Program-made: the position numbers and the translations under genes
Shown here: positions 22,252-31,089 of the stretch, piece after piece
How positions within the stretch are numbered: position 1 is the first letter of the stretch
How the letters are laid out: each line of letters begins with the position of its first letter
NCBI GenBank assembly: GCA_048571215.1
Contig: CP182352.1
Span: 2,528,001 to 2,592,000, forward strand
DNA length: 64,000 nt
Direction of reading: 5' to 3'
Source: Halarcobacter sp.
GTDB lineage: Bacteria > Campylobacterota > Campylobacteria > Campylobacterales > Arcobacteraceae
Notes under the pieces: generated by a model
What the model saw: only the letters and a program-made list of their open reading frames with translations
Told to the model about the DNA's origin: nothing
The model's database searches: none

Positions 22252-23123
22252 AACTTAATTGATACATAAAAACTTATATCAAACTCATTGTCATCACTTA
22301 AAAAATTGTTTTTATGGTAGATTATATATGATGGTTTAATTGTAGTTTCATATTCACTATTTATTAACCATTTATGATAAACCCAATTTATAAATTTCAA
22401 AATATCCCCTTGGTGCCCTTTTAAATCAAATTTTGCATATACACCTTTTGAGATTTTAAACTTAGGAACCCTTTGCAAAAGTGTTTGGGTTTTTTCATCT
22501 GTTTCTATACAAGCGATATATTGACACTCATTTAAAGGTGTTATAACTGGATTATCATGTAAAAGTGCTATTTGTTTATACTCTTTTATATCATTACTTA
22601 ATATCAAAGTTTGTAGTTTTTGCCAAGTCTCTTGTATATTTATATTGTAACCTTTGTTTCTAATATAAAAAGCCTCAAGCTCTGGCATTTTGACTATTGT
22701 GGGTGTAAGATGTGAAAAATTTGCTTTTGATTGCATAGCTTTTTTTGATTGTCTCATAATCTTTTCACTATACTCTTTATAACCACCATTTCTCCAAAGT
22801 TTTGGAGAGATCTCAAATCTATTTGAAAAAGCTTTTATAAAAGAGGAATGGGAACTATATCCACAAGAATTTGCAATATCTGAAATAGTTGAGTATTTGT
22901 TTGTCAAAAGTAGATTTGCAGCTTTTTGAAGCCGTATTGATTTTATACTCTCATAAATATTTTTACCAAAGGCTTCTTTAAATATTCTATGCATATGAAA
23001 TTTACTCACATCTAAATCGATACTTAACTCTTCAATATCTATATGCGTATCAATATGAGTATAAATATAATACATAATATCGTTTGCTATTTTCACTCTT
23101 TTTTGTAGTGTTTCTTTTTTCAT
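22248..23123 (-). CDS. AraC-family regulator with GyrI-like effector domain
   Basis: N-terminal double HTH (SKFHMHRIF...CGYSSHSSF) and C-terminal HDNP...CQYIAC. Confidence 0.88.
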   Translation of the reverse strand: MKKETLQKRVKIANDIMYYIYTHIDTHIDIEELSIDLDVSKFHMHRIFKEAFGKNIYESIKSIRLQKAANLLLTNKYSTISDIANSCGYSSHSSFIKAFSNRFEISPKLWRNGGYKEYSEKIMRQSKKAMQSKANFSHLTPTIVKMPELEAFYIRNKGYNINIQETWQKLQTLILSNDIKEYKQIALLHDNPVITPLNECQYIACIETDEKTQTLLQRVPKFKISKGVYAKFDLKGHQGDILKFINWVYHKWLINSEYETTIKPSYIIYHKNNFLSDDNEFDISFYVSIKF

Positions 23124-23269
23124 ATCTAAATGATATCAATAATAAACTAAAATTAAAGCACTAAAGAACAATTATTTTAGCAATATATAATCAAATAATT
23201 AGCACATAATATAAAGATTTTTTCTTTTTTTAATCATACAATAATAAACAAACAAAAAAAGGGTTAAAA

Positions 23270-24721
23270 ATGGAAAAGATTTCAAAAGTATTGATAGCAA
23301 ATAGAGGAGAGATAGCACTTAGAATTGTTAGGGCTTGTAAAGAGTTGGATATCACAAGTGTTGCGATTTTTTCTGAGATAGATGTTGAAGGTCTTTGGGT
23401 TAGAAAAGCTGATGAGTGTTATCCAATTATGGGTGATCTTATACAAGCATATTTAAATTATGATGTTATAATCTCAATTGCTAAAAAAGCAAACTGTGAT
23501 GCAATACATCCAGGATATGGTTTTTTAAGTGAAAATGCTGACTTTGCAAAAGCTTGTGAAGATAATGGAATAATCTTTATTGGTCCAAAACCTGAACATA
23601 TTGCTCTATTTGGAGATAAAATGGCTTCAAAAGTTGCCATGAAAAAAGTTGGAGTTCCTGTACTTGAAGGAACTGATGAACCAATAGAGGATAAAAGTGA
23701 AGCCAAAAAAATAGCTTCTGAAATTGGATTTCCAGTTATAATAAAAGCTGCCTTTGGTGGTGGCGGTAGAGGTATGAGAATTGTAAGGGAAGAAAAAGAG
23801 TTTGAAGCAATGTTTGATAGTGCTACAAATGAAGCCTTAAAATATTTTGGAAATGGTGAGGTTTTTATTGAAAAATATGTTGAAAACCCTAGACATATTG
23901 AAGTTCAAGTTATAGCAGACAAATATGGAAATGTTGTTCACCTAGGTGAAAGGGATTGCTCTATTCAAAGAAGACATCAAAAAGTTATTGAGATAGCTCC
24001 ATCACCAAGACTTAATGAGGATGTAAGAAGAGAGCTTTATAGAATCTCAACAAAAGCTATGTTTAAACTAGGTTATGAAAGTGTTGGAACTGTCGAATTT
24101 TTGGTAGATGAAAATGATAATATCTATTTTATTGAGATGAATACAAGAGTACAAGTGGAGCACCCAGTAACAGAGATTATCAGTGGAGTTGATATTATCC
24201 AAAGAATGATAGAAATAGCTGAAGGTGATAAAATGAAATTTCTTCAAGAGGAGATAAACTTTAGAGGTTATGCCATTGAGTTTAGAATAAATGCGGAAAA
24301 TCCTCAAAAAGGTTTTATGCCTTCAACTGGTACAATAGAAAAATATCTAACACCAAATGGACCTGGAGTTAGACTAGATTCAAGTGCTTATACGGGATAT
24401 AAGGTTCCTGCAAATTATGATTCAATGATTGGTAAACTTATAGTTTGGGCATTGGATTGGGATGGTGCTGTTAGAAAAGCTAGGCGAGCATTAGATGAGT
24501 TTGTTCTAGAAGGTTTTCCAACAAACATCCAATTGCATAAAGAGATAGTTAGAGATGAGGATTTTAAAAAAGGAAATCTTACAACTAGTTATTTAGATAA
24601 AAAAATGGAGATGTTCACCTTAAGTGCGCAAAACCATTCTAAAGAGGAAGAGGAAAAAATAGCTTCAATAATGAAGTTTTTAGAAACCCTTAAAGCAAAA
24701 AATGTAAAAGTAAAACACTAA
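23270..24721 (+). CDS. Biotin carboxylase (AccC/PycA-type subunit)
   Basis: IANRGEIA, HPGYGFLSEN, GGGGRGMR, ERDCSIQRRHQK and EMNTRVQVEH motifs. Confidence 0.93.
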   Translation: MEKISKVLIANRGEIALRIVRACKELDITSVAIFSEIDVEGLWVRKADECYPIMGDLIQAYLNYDVIISIAKKANCDAIHPGYGFLSENADFAKACEDNGIIFIGPKPEHIALFGDKMASKVAMKKVGVPVLEGTDEPIEDKSEAKKIASEIGFPVIIKAAFGGGGRGMRIVREEKEFEAMFDSATNEALKYFGNGEVFIEKYVENPRHIEVQVIADKYGNVVHLGERDCSIQRRHQKVIEIAPSPRLNEDVRRELYRISTKAMFKLGYESVGTVEFLVDENDNIYFIEMNTRVQVEHPVTEIISGVDIIQRMIEIAEGDKMKFLQEEINFRGYAIEFRINAENPQKGFMPSTGTIEKYLTPNGPGVRLDSSAYTGYKVPANYDSMIGKLIVWALDWDGAVRKARRALDEFVLEGFPTNIQLHKEIVRDEDFKKGNLTTSYLDKKMEMFTLSAQNHSKEEEEKIASIMKFLETLKAKNVKVKH

Positions 24722-24731
24722 AGTAGGTTAT

Positions 24732-25358
24732 ATGACAATTGAAGAGTTAAAACAAGGTAATAAATCATTTAGACAAACAAAATTTAATGACTATAAAAAC
24801 GATTTTGAAACCTTAGTTGAAAAGGGTCAAACACCCAATGTGCTATTTATTGGGTGTAGTGATAGTAGAGTTGTACCTGATTTGATTTTGGACTCAAAGC
24901 CAGGGGATTTGTTTATTGTTCGAAATGTGGGGAATTTTGTCCCTCCTTTTAAAGCAGACCAAGATTTTCATGGTAATGCAGCTGCAATTGAGTATGCTGT
25001 AAGTGTTTTAAATGTTGAACACATAATAGTTTGTGGACATTCCCATTGTGGAGCTTGTAGATCTTTATATATGGATTTAGAAAATAATATCTCTTTGATT
25101 CATATTAAAAAGTGGCTTCAACTTGGTAAAAAAGCAAAAGATTTTGTTTTTGAAAATTATGGAACTAGTATAGATGAAAACCAAAAATATACATTAACAG
25201 AAAAAAGCTCAATAGTGTTCCAATTAGAAAACCTTTTATCTTACCCAGAAGTTAGTAAAAAAATAAAAAATAAAAAGCTTAAAATACATGGTTGGTACTA
25301 TAAGATAGAGGATGGTTCTATAGAATACTACAACTTTGAAAATAAAAGTTTTGAGTAG
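24732..25358 (+). CDS. Beta-class carbonic anhydrase
   Basis: GCSDSRV, RNVGN and GHSHCGA zinc-ligand motifs. Confidence 0.93.
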   Translation: MTIEELKQGNKSFRQTKFNDYKNDFETLVEKGQTPNVLFIGCSDSRVVPDLILDSKPGDLFIVRNVGNFVPPFKADQDFHGNAAAIEYAVSVLNVEHIIVCGHSHCGACRSLYMDLENNISLIHIKKWLQLGKKAKDFVFENYGTSIDENQKYTLTEKSSIVFQLENLLSYPEVSKKIKNKKLKIHGWYYKIEDGSIEYYNFENKSFE

Positions 25359-25381
25359 TATCTCTTAAGATAAAATATATT

Positions 25382-25762
25382 ATGATTCATAAAAATAATA
25401 AATTATGGATGACAATAATGAATAAGTTCTTAGAAAATGCAAAAAAAATTGAAGTGGAAAATAGTAGTGTAGACTTTTTTGAGTTTGAAAAAGATGGACT
25501 CACATATTATTATTTTGATAGTTCTATAACTACTCCACCTCATCCAATGGTTAATGCAATGTTAGGATTAAAACTGCTTGATAATCCAAAAAAAAGACTT
25601 TTAATGAGAAATCATCAAAAACCAATGGGACTTTTCCCTAAAATAAAAGAAAATTTTGAATATGAAATTTTAGAAGAGGATGAAGATATTTTAATTGAAT
25701 TTAAATATAAACAAGGAACAACTTTAAATGTAGATTTTAATGATAGCAATTGCCAAGGTTAA
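25382..25762 (+). CDS. Conserved hypothetical protein (possibly DUF2249/TusA-like); its 3' end is the island's left direct repeat
   Basis: FD...PPHPMVNAM and NHQKPMGLFPKI motifs; true start may be 25418. Confidence 0.6.
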   Translation: MIHKNNKLWMTIMNKFLENAKKIEVENSSVDFFEFEKDGLTYYYFDSSITTPPHPMVNAMLGLKLLDNPKKRLLMRNHQKPMGLFPKIKENFEYEILEEDEDILIEFKYKQGTTLNVDFNDSNCQG

Positions 25763-25783
25763 TCCTTTAAGCTATCAAGTTTT
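25637..25783 (+). repeat. Left 147-bp direct repeat
   Basis: cctaaaataaaagaaaatttt...ggttaatcctttaagctatcaagtttt matches 33022-33168 except for one T/C. Confidence 0.95.
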
Positions 25784-25819
25784 TTTATAGATAATTTTTA
25801 GTATAATTTTTTAAAATTT

Positions 25820-25852
25820 GTGGTTTTTTAAGGTGGCAACTGACTCCTAATT
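25820..25852 (+). repeat. Cassette junction site 1 (type A)
   Basis: gtggttttttaaggtggcaactgactcctaatt. Confidence 0.85.
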
Positions 25853-25857
25853 TTTCT

Positions 25858-25904
25858 AATTTCCGCCCGTAATTTCCGCCCGGATTTTCTATTTTCTATT
25901 TTCT
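25858..25904 (+). repeat. Short tandem stutter repeats next to site 1
   Basis: aatttccgcccg x2 followed by attttct x3. Confidence 0.85.
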
Positions 25905-25917
25905 ATTTTTTATTTTT

Positions 25918-26262
25918 CTATTTTTTCGATGTTTTTACATAATATACAATATTTAATATTTGTAATGTTGAGATACTTAGAATTATAAAATAATACTTAT
26001 CTAAACTATAACTACATTCAACATTAACATATAAAAAAAATATATTCAATAATATAGCAATTACTAAAATCAATAATGAAATAACTATATATTTAGTATT
26101 TTTCACTAATTTATCCTCAAAAAAATAAGATGCGAAAAACATTCCACCACCAATAAAGGACAACTCTTTAATATTATTATCGTATAAAAAAACAAGAATA
26201 AAACAATTTATTGCTACAACTTTAAATAAGCATACTAAAACATAATTTAAAACTATTTTCAT
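25918..26262 (-). CDS. Cassette 1 putative immunity protein (about 4 TM)
   Basis: Hydrophobic 114-aa ORF with ATGA overlap to the upstream toxin-CT stop. Confidence 0.6.
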   Translation of the reverse strand: MKIVLNYVLVCLFKVVAINCFILVFLYDNNIKELSFIGGGMFFASYFFEDKLVKNTKYIVISLLILVIAILLNIFFLYVNVECSYSLDKYYFIILSISTLQILNIVYYVKTSKK

Positions 26263-26813
26263 GGAGATATATACTCTTGAGTCTGCTTCATTGCTTCATT
26301 ACTAAGATAGCCTGCAGTATCACTTATTTTATGAAAACCTATAGTTGTTGACACATCTCTTGTAAAATCAACCCAATTTGTCTCACCTATTGAGAATAAT
26401 GTTAAATGTTTTAATCCTGTAAATACTGTTGATGCAGTGTAAGGAATAACACTAACTAATCTCATAAATTTATTACTACTCATCATCAAACCTAGCCTAG
26501 CACTTTTTTCAGCCATACTGTCAAGTCTATTAGCTGTAAATCGCATATCCTCTTTTACATTTCTGTATTTTCCATGTAGTGCATATTCTTGTAAAGATTC
26601 ATTAGTATGCATCGCATGATTAAACAAATGCACAAAAGCCCCAGTAACAGTACCATTTGCAAACTTACCACCACTTATTTCTGAAACAGTACCACCAATT
26701 ACTGCCATTATCATTGTTCTTCCTTCAACACCACCATAGTCTTTATTACCAACACTAAAACCACTTGAAGCAAACCCACTCCAAAATCCTGCGCTAAATC
26801 TTCCACCTTGTGC
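26259..26813 (-). pseudogene. Cassette 1 orphan polymorphic-toxin C-terminal fragment
   Basis: Frame open from AQGGRFSAGFWSGF through SEISGGKFANGTVTGAFVHLFN into a unique tail; no N-terminal part. Confidence 0.75.
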
Positions 26814-26884
26814 TTATATATAATTATATATATTACTTAGTTAAAAGCTATTGAAAGTGGAGATTCATCCTTAGGGGTGTTAGT
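26806..26884 (-). promoter_or_regulatory. 79-bp repeated promoter-like segment, copy 1 (copy 2 at 29815-29893)
   Basis: Two copies with 1 mismatch; TATAAT on the minus strand pointing into the cassette. Confidence 0.55.
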
Positions 26885-26938
26885 TTGGTGTTAGTTTCTT
26901 GCCATCACCTATCCTTAGTTTTAATAAGGATAATTAAA

Positions 26939-26970
26939 GGTTTTTTAAGGTGGCGACTGTCCCCTTTATT
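26939..26970 (+). repeat. Cassette junction site 2 (type A)
   Basis: ggttttttaaggtggcgactgtcccctttatt. Confidence 0.9.
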
Positions 26971-27009
26971 TCAAGCTGGGGCTTGGGAACGAGGGAAACT
27001 TACTTAACT

Positions 27010-27297
27010 TTATTTAATGTCCATATTTCCTTTAAAAATAAACATTATTGTTACAATACATAATAAAACTAAGGAGAAATTTTGAATCTCATTTGCATAT
27101 GGATAATTGTCAGAAAAAATATATATATAAAAAACTCCTCCTCCCCAAAAATTTCCATAAATAAATGCACTAAAAAGAACTAATCCTATAGTAGGAAGTC
27201 TATATAAAAACTTTTTATCTTTAAAATAAGATAAAAGTTTATAGTTTATTAAAAGAGAAAAAATACCTATTATGATATATATTAATAGCTTAGTCAT
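27010..27297 (-). CDS. Cassette 2 putative immunity protein (membrane)
   Basis: Hydrophobic 95-aa ORF whose start overlaps the toxin-CT stop. Confidence 0.6.
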   Translation of the reverse strand: MTKLLIYIIIGIFSLLINYKLLSYFKDKKFLYRLPTIGLVLFSAFIYGNFWGGGVFYIYIFSDNYPYANEIQNFSLVLLCIVTIMFIFKGNMDIK

Positions 27298-27847
27298 TTA
27301 ATGTTTTACCTGACAAACCTGTTTCTAATAATAAAGCACCTTTTCCAGCACTTGTTGAATATTTATAAGTTGGAATCGCTATTTCAGCTTTTCCTGGAAA
27401 ATACTTTGAGATTGTTTTAATACCTGTTCTTAATAAGTTAGGTGCTGCTCCTATGGCAGAAACTCCTACTTCAATATATTTATAATAGCCTTTTCCAAAT
27501 TTATCATCGTAAAATTCATGTAACAAACCTATTTTACCTGTGTAACCTTCATATATATTGTTACTTCCATGTGCAATTAATGCCAATCCAGCAGGAGCTC
27601 CCCAGCCAGTCAATGTAAGCCCTGTATCCGCAATAACCTGTAAACCTCCTGCAAACATATTAATAATACCTTCCGCATTAAACAAATGCACAAAAGCCCC
27701 AGTAACAGCACCATTAGCAAACTTTCCACCACTTATTTCTGAAACAGTACCTGATACAAAAGATGTAAACATAGTTCCCTTTCCTACTCCCCAACTACTT
27801 GATGCTACAAATCCAGAAACTGCAAATCCAGACCAAAATCCTGCACT
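27290..27847 (-). pseudogene. Cassette 2 orphan toxin C-terminal fragment
   Basis: SAGFWSGF...SGTVSEISGGKFANGAVTGAFVHLFN followed by a Gly-rich hydrophobic tail with LIAHGSNNIYEG. Confidence 0.75.
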
Positions 27848-27852
27848 CCATT

Positions 27853-27896
27853 GATAAAGGTGCCTGTCCCCTTTATTGTTATTTGTCCCCTTTATT
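27853..27896 (+). repeat. Cassette junction site 3 (type B) with partial duplication
   Basis: gataaaggtgcctgtcccctttatt followed by a second tgtcccctttatt at 27884-27896. Confidence 0.9.
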
Positions 27897-27928
27897 CTAG
27901 TATTATCGTTCTTCTAGTATTTTTGTAT

Positions 27929-28393
27929 TTATTCCACCTTTATAATTTCACTAGTTTTACAAAATTCTTTTATTGACTTTTTTTCTCTTTTTTTATTTAA
28001 TTCATTAAATGAAATTAAATAAGGATACTTATATACATTTATTTTTTCAATAAATCCTTTTTTTAGAGTAATCTTTTCTTTTTTTATATAACAACTATCT
28101 ATATTTATGTTTAATTTTAAATTTCTAATTCGAAATTTATATTCATCAATAGACTTAACTTTCTTGATAGTGTATAATATACTCTCTTGTTTAAAATTAC
28201 TTAAAAATATAAAAGATTCAATGAAATTATTATTAAAATTTTGACTCAAGTTTGAATTTAAATTCCTAAATAAAAAAGGTTTTTCTATAGTAAAGTTATC
28301 TATTTTTACATTTTTACTATCAAAAAAACCAACCTTAAAAATAATAAAAATAATTATAAATATTAGAATAATTATATAAAAATACTTTCTCAT
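27929..28393 (-). CDS. Cassette 3 putative immunity protein (N-terminal TM anchor)
   Basis: 154-aa ORF starting 1 nt after the stop of a short upstream tail. Confidence 0.5.
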   Translation of the reverse strand: MRKYFYIIILIFIIIFIIFKVGFFDSKNVKIDNFTIEKPFLFRNLNSNLSQNFNNNFIESFIFLSNFKQESILYTIKKVKSIDEYKFRIRNLKLNINIDSCYIKKEKITLKKGFIEKINVYKYPYLISFNELNKKREKKSIKEFCKTSEIIKVE

Positions 28394-28394
28394 A

Positions 28395-28490
28395 TTACTT
28401 TTCCTTATATAAGAAATTTAATTCTATTTTTTTTCTTCTTGCGTATTCAGTTATTACACTATTCATTGCATTATCATAGTCATTCATCAT
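28395..28490 (-). pseudogene. Cassette 3 short toxin C-terminal remnant
   Basis: MMNDYDNAMNSVITEYARRKKIELNFLYKEK* ends immediately before the next ATG; called by position only. Confidence 0.35.
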
Positions 28491-28613
28491 CTTATCAATT
28501 ATTACCCTCTCTTTATTCTAAAGATGAAAGTGATTAGATGTCACTTTTTCTATATTTTAATATTCACTTTTTTATTGAAAAAAGTAAAACAAAAAGGCAT
28601 TCCTTTCAAAATT

Positions 28614-28669
28614 GTTTTTTAAGGTGGCGACTGACCCCTAATTTGAAGGTGAAAACTGACCCTATTTTT
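28614..28669 (+). repeat. Cassette junction site 4 (type A) plus degenerate second copy
   Basis: gttttttaaggtggcgactgacccctaatt followed by gaaggtgaaaactgaccctattttt. Confidence 0.88.
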
Positions 28670-28793
28670 GTCTTCTTAAAAACTTAATAAATAATAATAT
28701 CATAATCAACAAAAAGAATATAAAGGAATAAAAATATTCTCCTGTACTTATTTCATTTGATAAAATAAAAAATCCATAAATTTTTGAAAACAT
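28662..28793 (-). CDS. Cassette 4 putative 43-aa membrane immunity peptide (not in ORF track)
   Basis: MFSKIYGFLFLSNEISTGEYFYSFIFFLLIMILLFIKFLRRQK*; GGA RBS; starts 14 nt after the toxin-CT stop. Confidence 0.55.
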   Translation of the reverse strand: MFSKIYGFFILSNEISTGEYFYSFIFFLLIMILLFIKFLRRQK

Positions 28794-28807
28794 ATTTATC
28801 CAATTTT

Positions 28808-29305
28808 TTATTGTCTATTTTTTCTATTATCATAATAATCAATTGCTCCTTTTATCATTCCATATCCTATTGCAGGAATTTTAAAAAACTTTGATGCTAA
28901 GTTAATATTATCAGTATAGACATCAACTGTTTCACCTATGTTTTTACCTGCGTTGAAACCATCATACCCACCCTTAACTACGGAACATACAAAGCTTTCA
29001 ATACATGGAGCCTTAGGTCTCAAAATATAAGATGCATTATGTCCAGTATCTTTTAAACTTGCAGTATCAACTGTAGTAATATAATATCCATCTTTCCCTG
29101 TTCCGTCATTAACAACTGTCATATTTAATCCTTTAGCACGCAACTCTGCTACTTGCTGCTCCGCCTCATGCTTCAAATAATTAAACAAATGCACAAAAGT
29201 CCCAGTAACAGCACCATTTGGAAACTTACCACCACTTATTTCTGAAACAGTACCTGATACTAAAGATGTAAACATAGTTCCCTTTTCTACTCCCCAACTA
29301 CTTGG
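28808..29305 (-). pseudogene. Cassette 4 orphan toxin C-terminal fragment
   Basis: SSWGVEKGTMFTSLVSGTVSEISGGKFPNGAVTGTFVHLFN (near-identical DNA to the cassette 2 arm) plus a different tail. Confidence 0.75.
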
Positions 29306-29386
29306 TACATATATCTTATATCCACTTTTCCCATATATAATTTTTTTGATAATTATATCATATGTTTTATTTCTTTTATTGTTATA

Positions 29387-29416
29387 TTTTTTTAAAAGGC
29401 GACTGTCCCCTTTATT
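29387..29416 (+). repeat. Cassette junction site 5 (variant)
   Basis: tttttttaaaaggcgactgtcccctttatt. Confidence 0.85.
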
Positions 29417-29656
29417 TTATTTTAGGAATTTTTTATATATTAAATAGCATATATACAAAAAAAATCCAAATCCAAAAAGTATATTTGTAATAGCTGAACT
29501 TTCAGATAAAATAATCATTCCATCTGTTTTAGAAATTACTTTATTCCCAAAATATGCATAAATACCAAAATAAAAAAAATAACCTAATGCTAATAGTATT
29601 AATAATAAATACCCACCATATCTAAAGATAAAAAATGTAAAATTATTTTTCATCAA
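29417..29656 (-). CDS. Cassette 5 putative immunity protein (membrane), paralog of 29953-30192
   Basis: GIYAYFGNKVISKTDGMIILSESSAITNI aligns with GIYSLMGNKVILKSQGMVYLSEKSAITNI. Confidence 0.65.
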   Translation of the reverse strand: MMKNNFTFFIFRYGGYLLLILLALGYFFYFGIYAYFGNKVISKTDGMIILSESSAITNILFGFGFFLYICYLIYKKFLK

Positions 29657-29822
29657 ATGTTCCTTTTATTTTATCTATTAAATTAAATGCAGCACCATGT
29701 GGGGTAGATGGAGGCATACTACTATTAAATACATCATTACCTACTTCTGCAATATAAGGAATAGCAACATATTCATATTTTACTAACAATCTAGTCAAAG
29801 TATATGCTAATCCTCCTTGTGC
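29643..29822 (-). pseudogene. Cassette 5 toxin C-terminal remnant (not in ORF track)
   Basis: AQGGLAYTL...EVGNDVFNSSMPPSTPHGAAFNLIDKIKGTFDEK*, homologous to the cassette 6 tail EVVNDIFNESMPPVTPHGAAINII. Confidence 0.7.
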
Positions 29823-29893
29823 TTATATATAATTATATATATTACTTAGTTAAAAGCTATTGAAAGTGGAGATTCATCCTCAGGGGTGTTAGT
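29815..29893 (-). promoter_or_regulatory. 79-bp repeated promoter-like segment, copy 2
   Basis: Matches 26806-26884 with 1 mismatch. Confidence 0.55.
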
Positions 29894-29895
29894 CT

Positions 29896-29938
29896 GTGGT
29901 TTTTTAAGGTGGCAACTGACCCTTAATTTCCTTAATTT
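29896..29938 (+). repeat. Cassette junction site 6 (type A) with 9-bp stutter
   Basis: gtggttttttaaggtggcaactgacccttaattt followed by a second ccttaattt. Confidence 0.9.
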
Positions 29939-29952
29939 CTTTATTTTAATTT

Positions 29953-30192
29953 TTAATTTTTCTTATATTGATCCTTGAAATAAATAAATAAAATTATTAT
30001 TACTCCTATAATTATATTTGTAATTGCTGATTTTTCTGATAAATAAACCATTCCTTGACTTTTAAGAATTACTTTATTACCCATTAATGAATATATACCA
30101 AAATATCCTATAAAGATACCACCAAAGATACAACTTAATATAAAATTGGAATATTTATCTGATAATAGTAATTCTAAAAACCATTTTTTCAT
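29953..30192 (-). CDS. Cassette 6 putative immunity protein (membrane)
   Basis: 79-aa hydrophobic ORF with ATGA overlap to the toxin-CT. Confidence 0.65.
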   Translation of the reverse strand: MKKWFLELLLSDKYSNFILSCIFGGIFIGYFGIYSLMGNKVILKSQGMVYLSEKSAITNIIIGVIIILFIYFKDQYKKN

Positions 30193-30740
30193 TTTTTTGA
30201 ATTCCTTATATTATTTATAATATTTATTGCAGCACCATGTGGTGTAACAGGTGGCATACTTTCGTTAAAAATATCATTTACTACTTCAACTGTATAAAGT
30301 TTACCTGCAAATCCTTGCGTTTTGAAAATCATAATTACTCCTCTTGCAATCCTTACCGAAGGTAGTGCTAATGCAACATTAAGAGCTAAATATTTATCCT
30401 TAGAACCATGTACTCTTAATTCAGAGACATATCTATATCCACCACCAAGATCAACATAGTAACCATTCTCTCTTTCAATGGGATTTACAATTTTTCCTTT
30501 TCGACCTGTTGATTCAAGATACTTCAAATCTTTTTCAGCCTCATGCAACTTATAATTAAACAAATAAGTAAAAGCCCCCTTAACTGCACCATTAGCAAAT
30601 TTGCCACCAGAAATAACAGAAACTGTTCCTGATAAAACTCCACTTACCATTGCTTGAATTGCTTCATGTGCTTTTCCTAAATATTTTCCAACTATAGGAG
30701 CAAAAAAGGAACTTGCAAAACCAGACCAAAAACCTGAACT
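30189..30740 (-). pseudogene. Cassette 6 orphan toxin C-terminal fragment
   Basis: SSGFWSGF...SGTVSVISGGKFANGAVKGAFTYLFN plus variable tail. Confidence 0.75.
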
Positions 30741-30745
30741 CTATC

Positions 30746-30770
30746 GATAAAAGTGCCTGTCCCCTTTATT
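30746..30770 (+). repeat. Cassette junction site 7 (type B)
   Basis: gataaaagtgcctgtcccctttatt. Confidence 0.9.
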
Positions 30771-30774
30771 TTTA

Positions 30775-31089
30775 TTATCTTTCATCAGGAAATTTTTCAA
30801 AATATTTTTCAAAATCAATTGTTTTTATATCACATTTAGGACACATACCTTTTTCTAAAGTAGAATAAGTATATGTCTCTTTACATTTTGGGCATTTTGA
30901 ATATTCAATTTTTTGTTTTATTCTTTTTGCTAAAAAATAAATAAAAATGGCAGAAAATACCCATAGTAAAGACTCTATATTCGAAACCTTATGCCAATGT
31001 CGGACATAAACCTCTCCATAAAACAAACCTAGAATACCTTCAATAAAATTTACTATTGAAATTAAATATAAACTATTCTTTAAATTCAT
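30775..31089 (-). CDS. Cassette 7 putative immunity protein (2 TM plus CxxC...CxxC zinc ribbon)
   Basis: TAATG coupling to the toxin-CT; KCPKC...MCPKC motif. Confidence 0.6.
   Translation of the reverse strand: MNLKNSLYLISIVNFIEGILGLFYGEVYVRHWHKVSNIESLLWVFSAIFIYFLAKRIKQKIEYSKCPKCKETYTYSTLEKGMCPKCDIKTIDFEKYFEKFPDER

Noticed and set aside
27558..27854. 98-aa plus-strand ORF
   Set aside because: Antisense shadow of the cassette 2 toxin fragment
25820..30770. CRISPR array
   Set aside because: Repeats are separated by 0.5-1.1 kb of coding cassettes, are degenerate, and no cas genes are present
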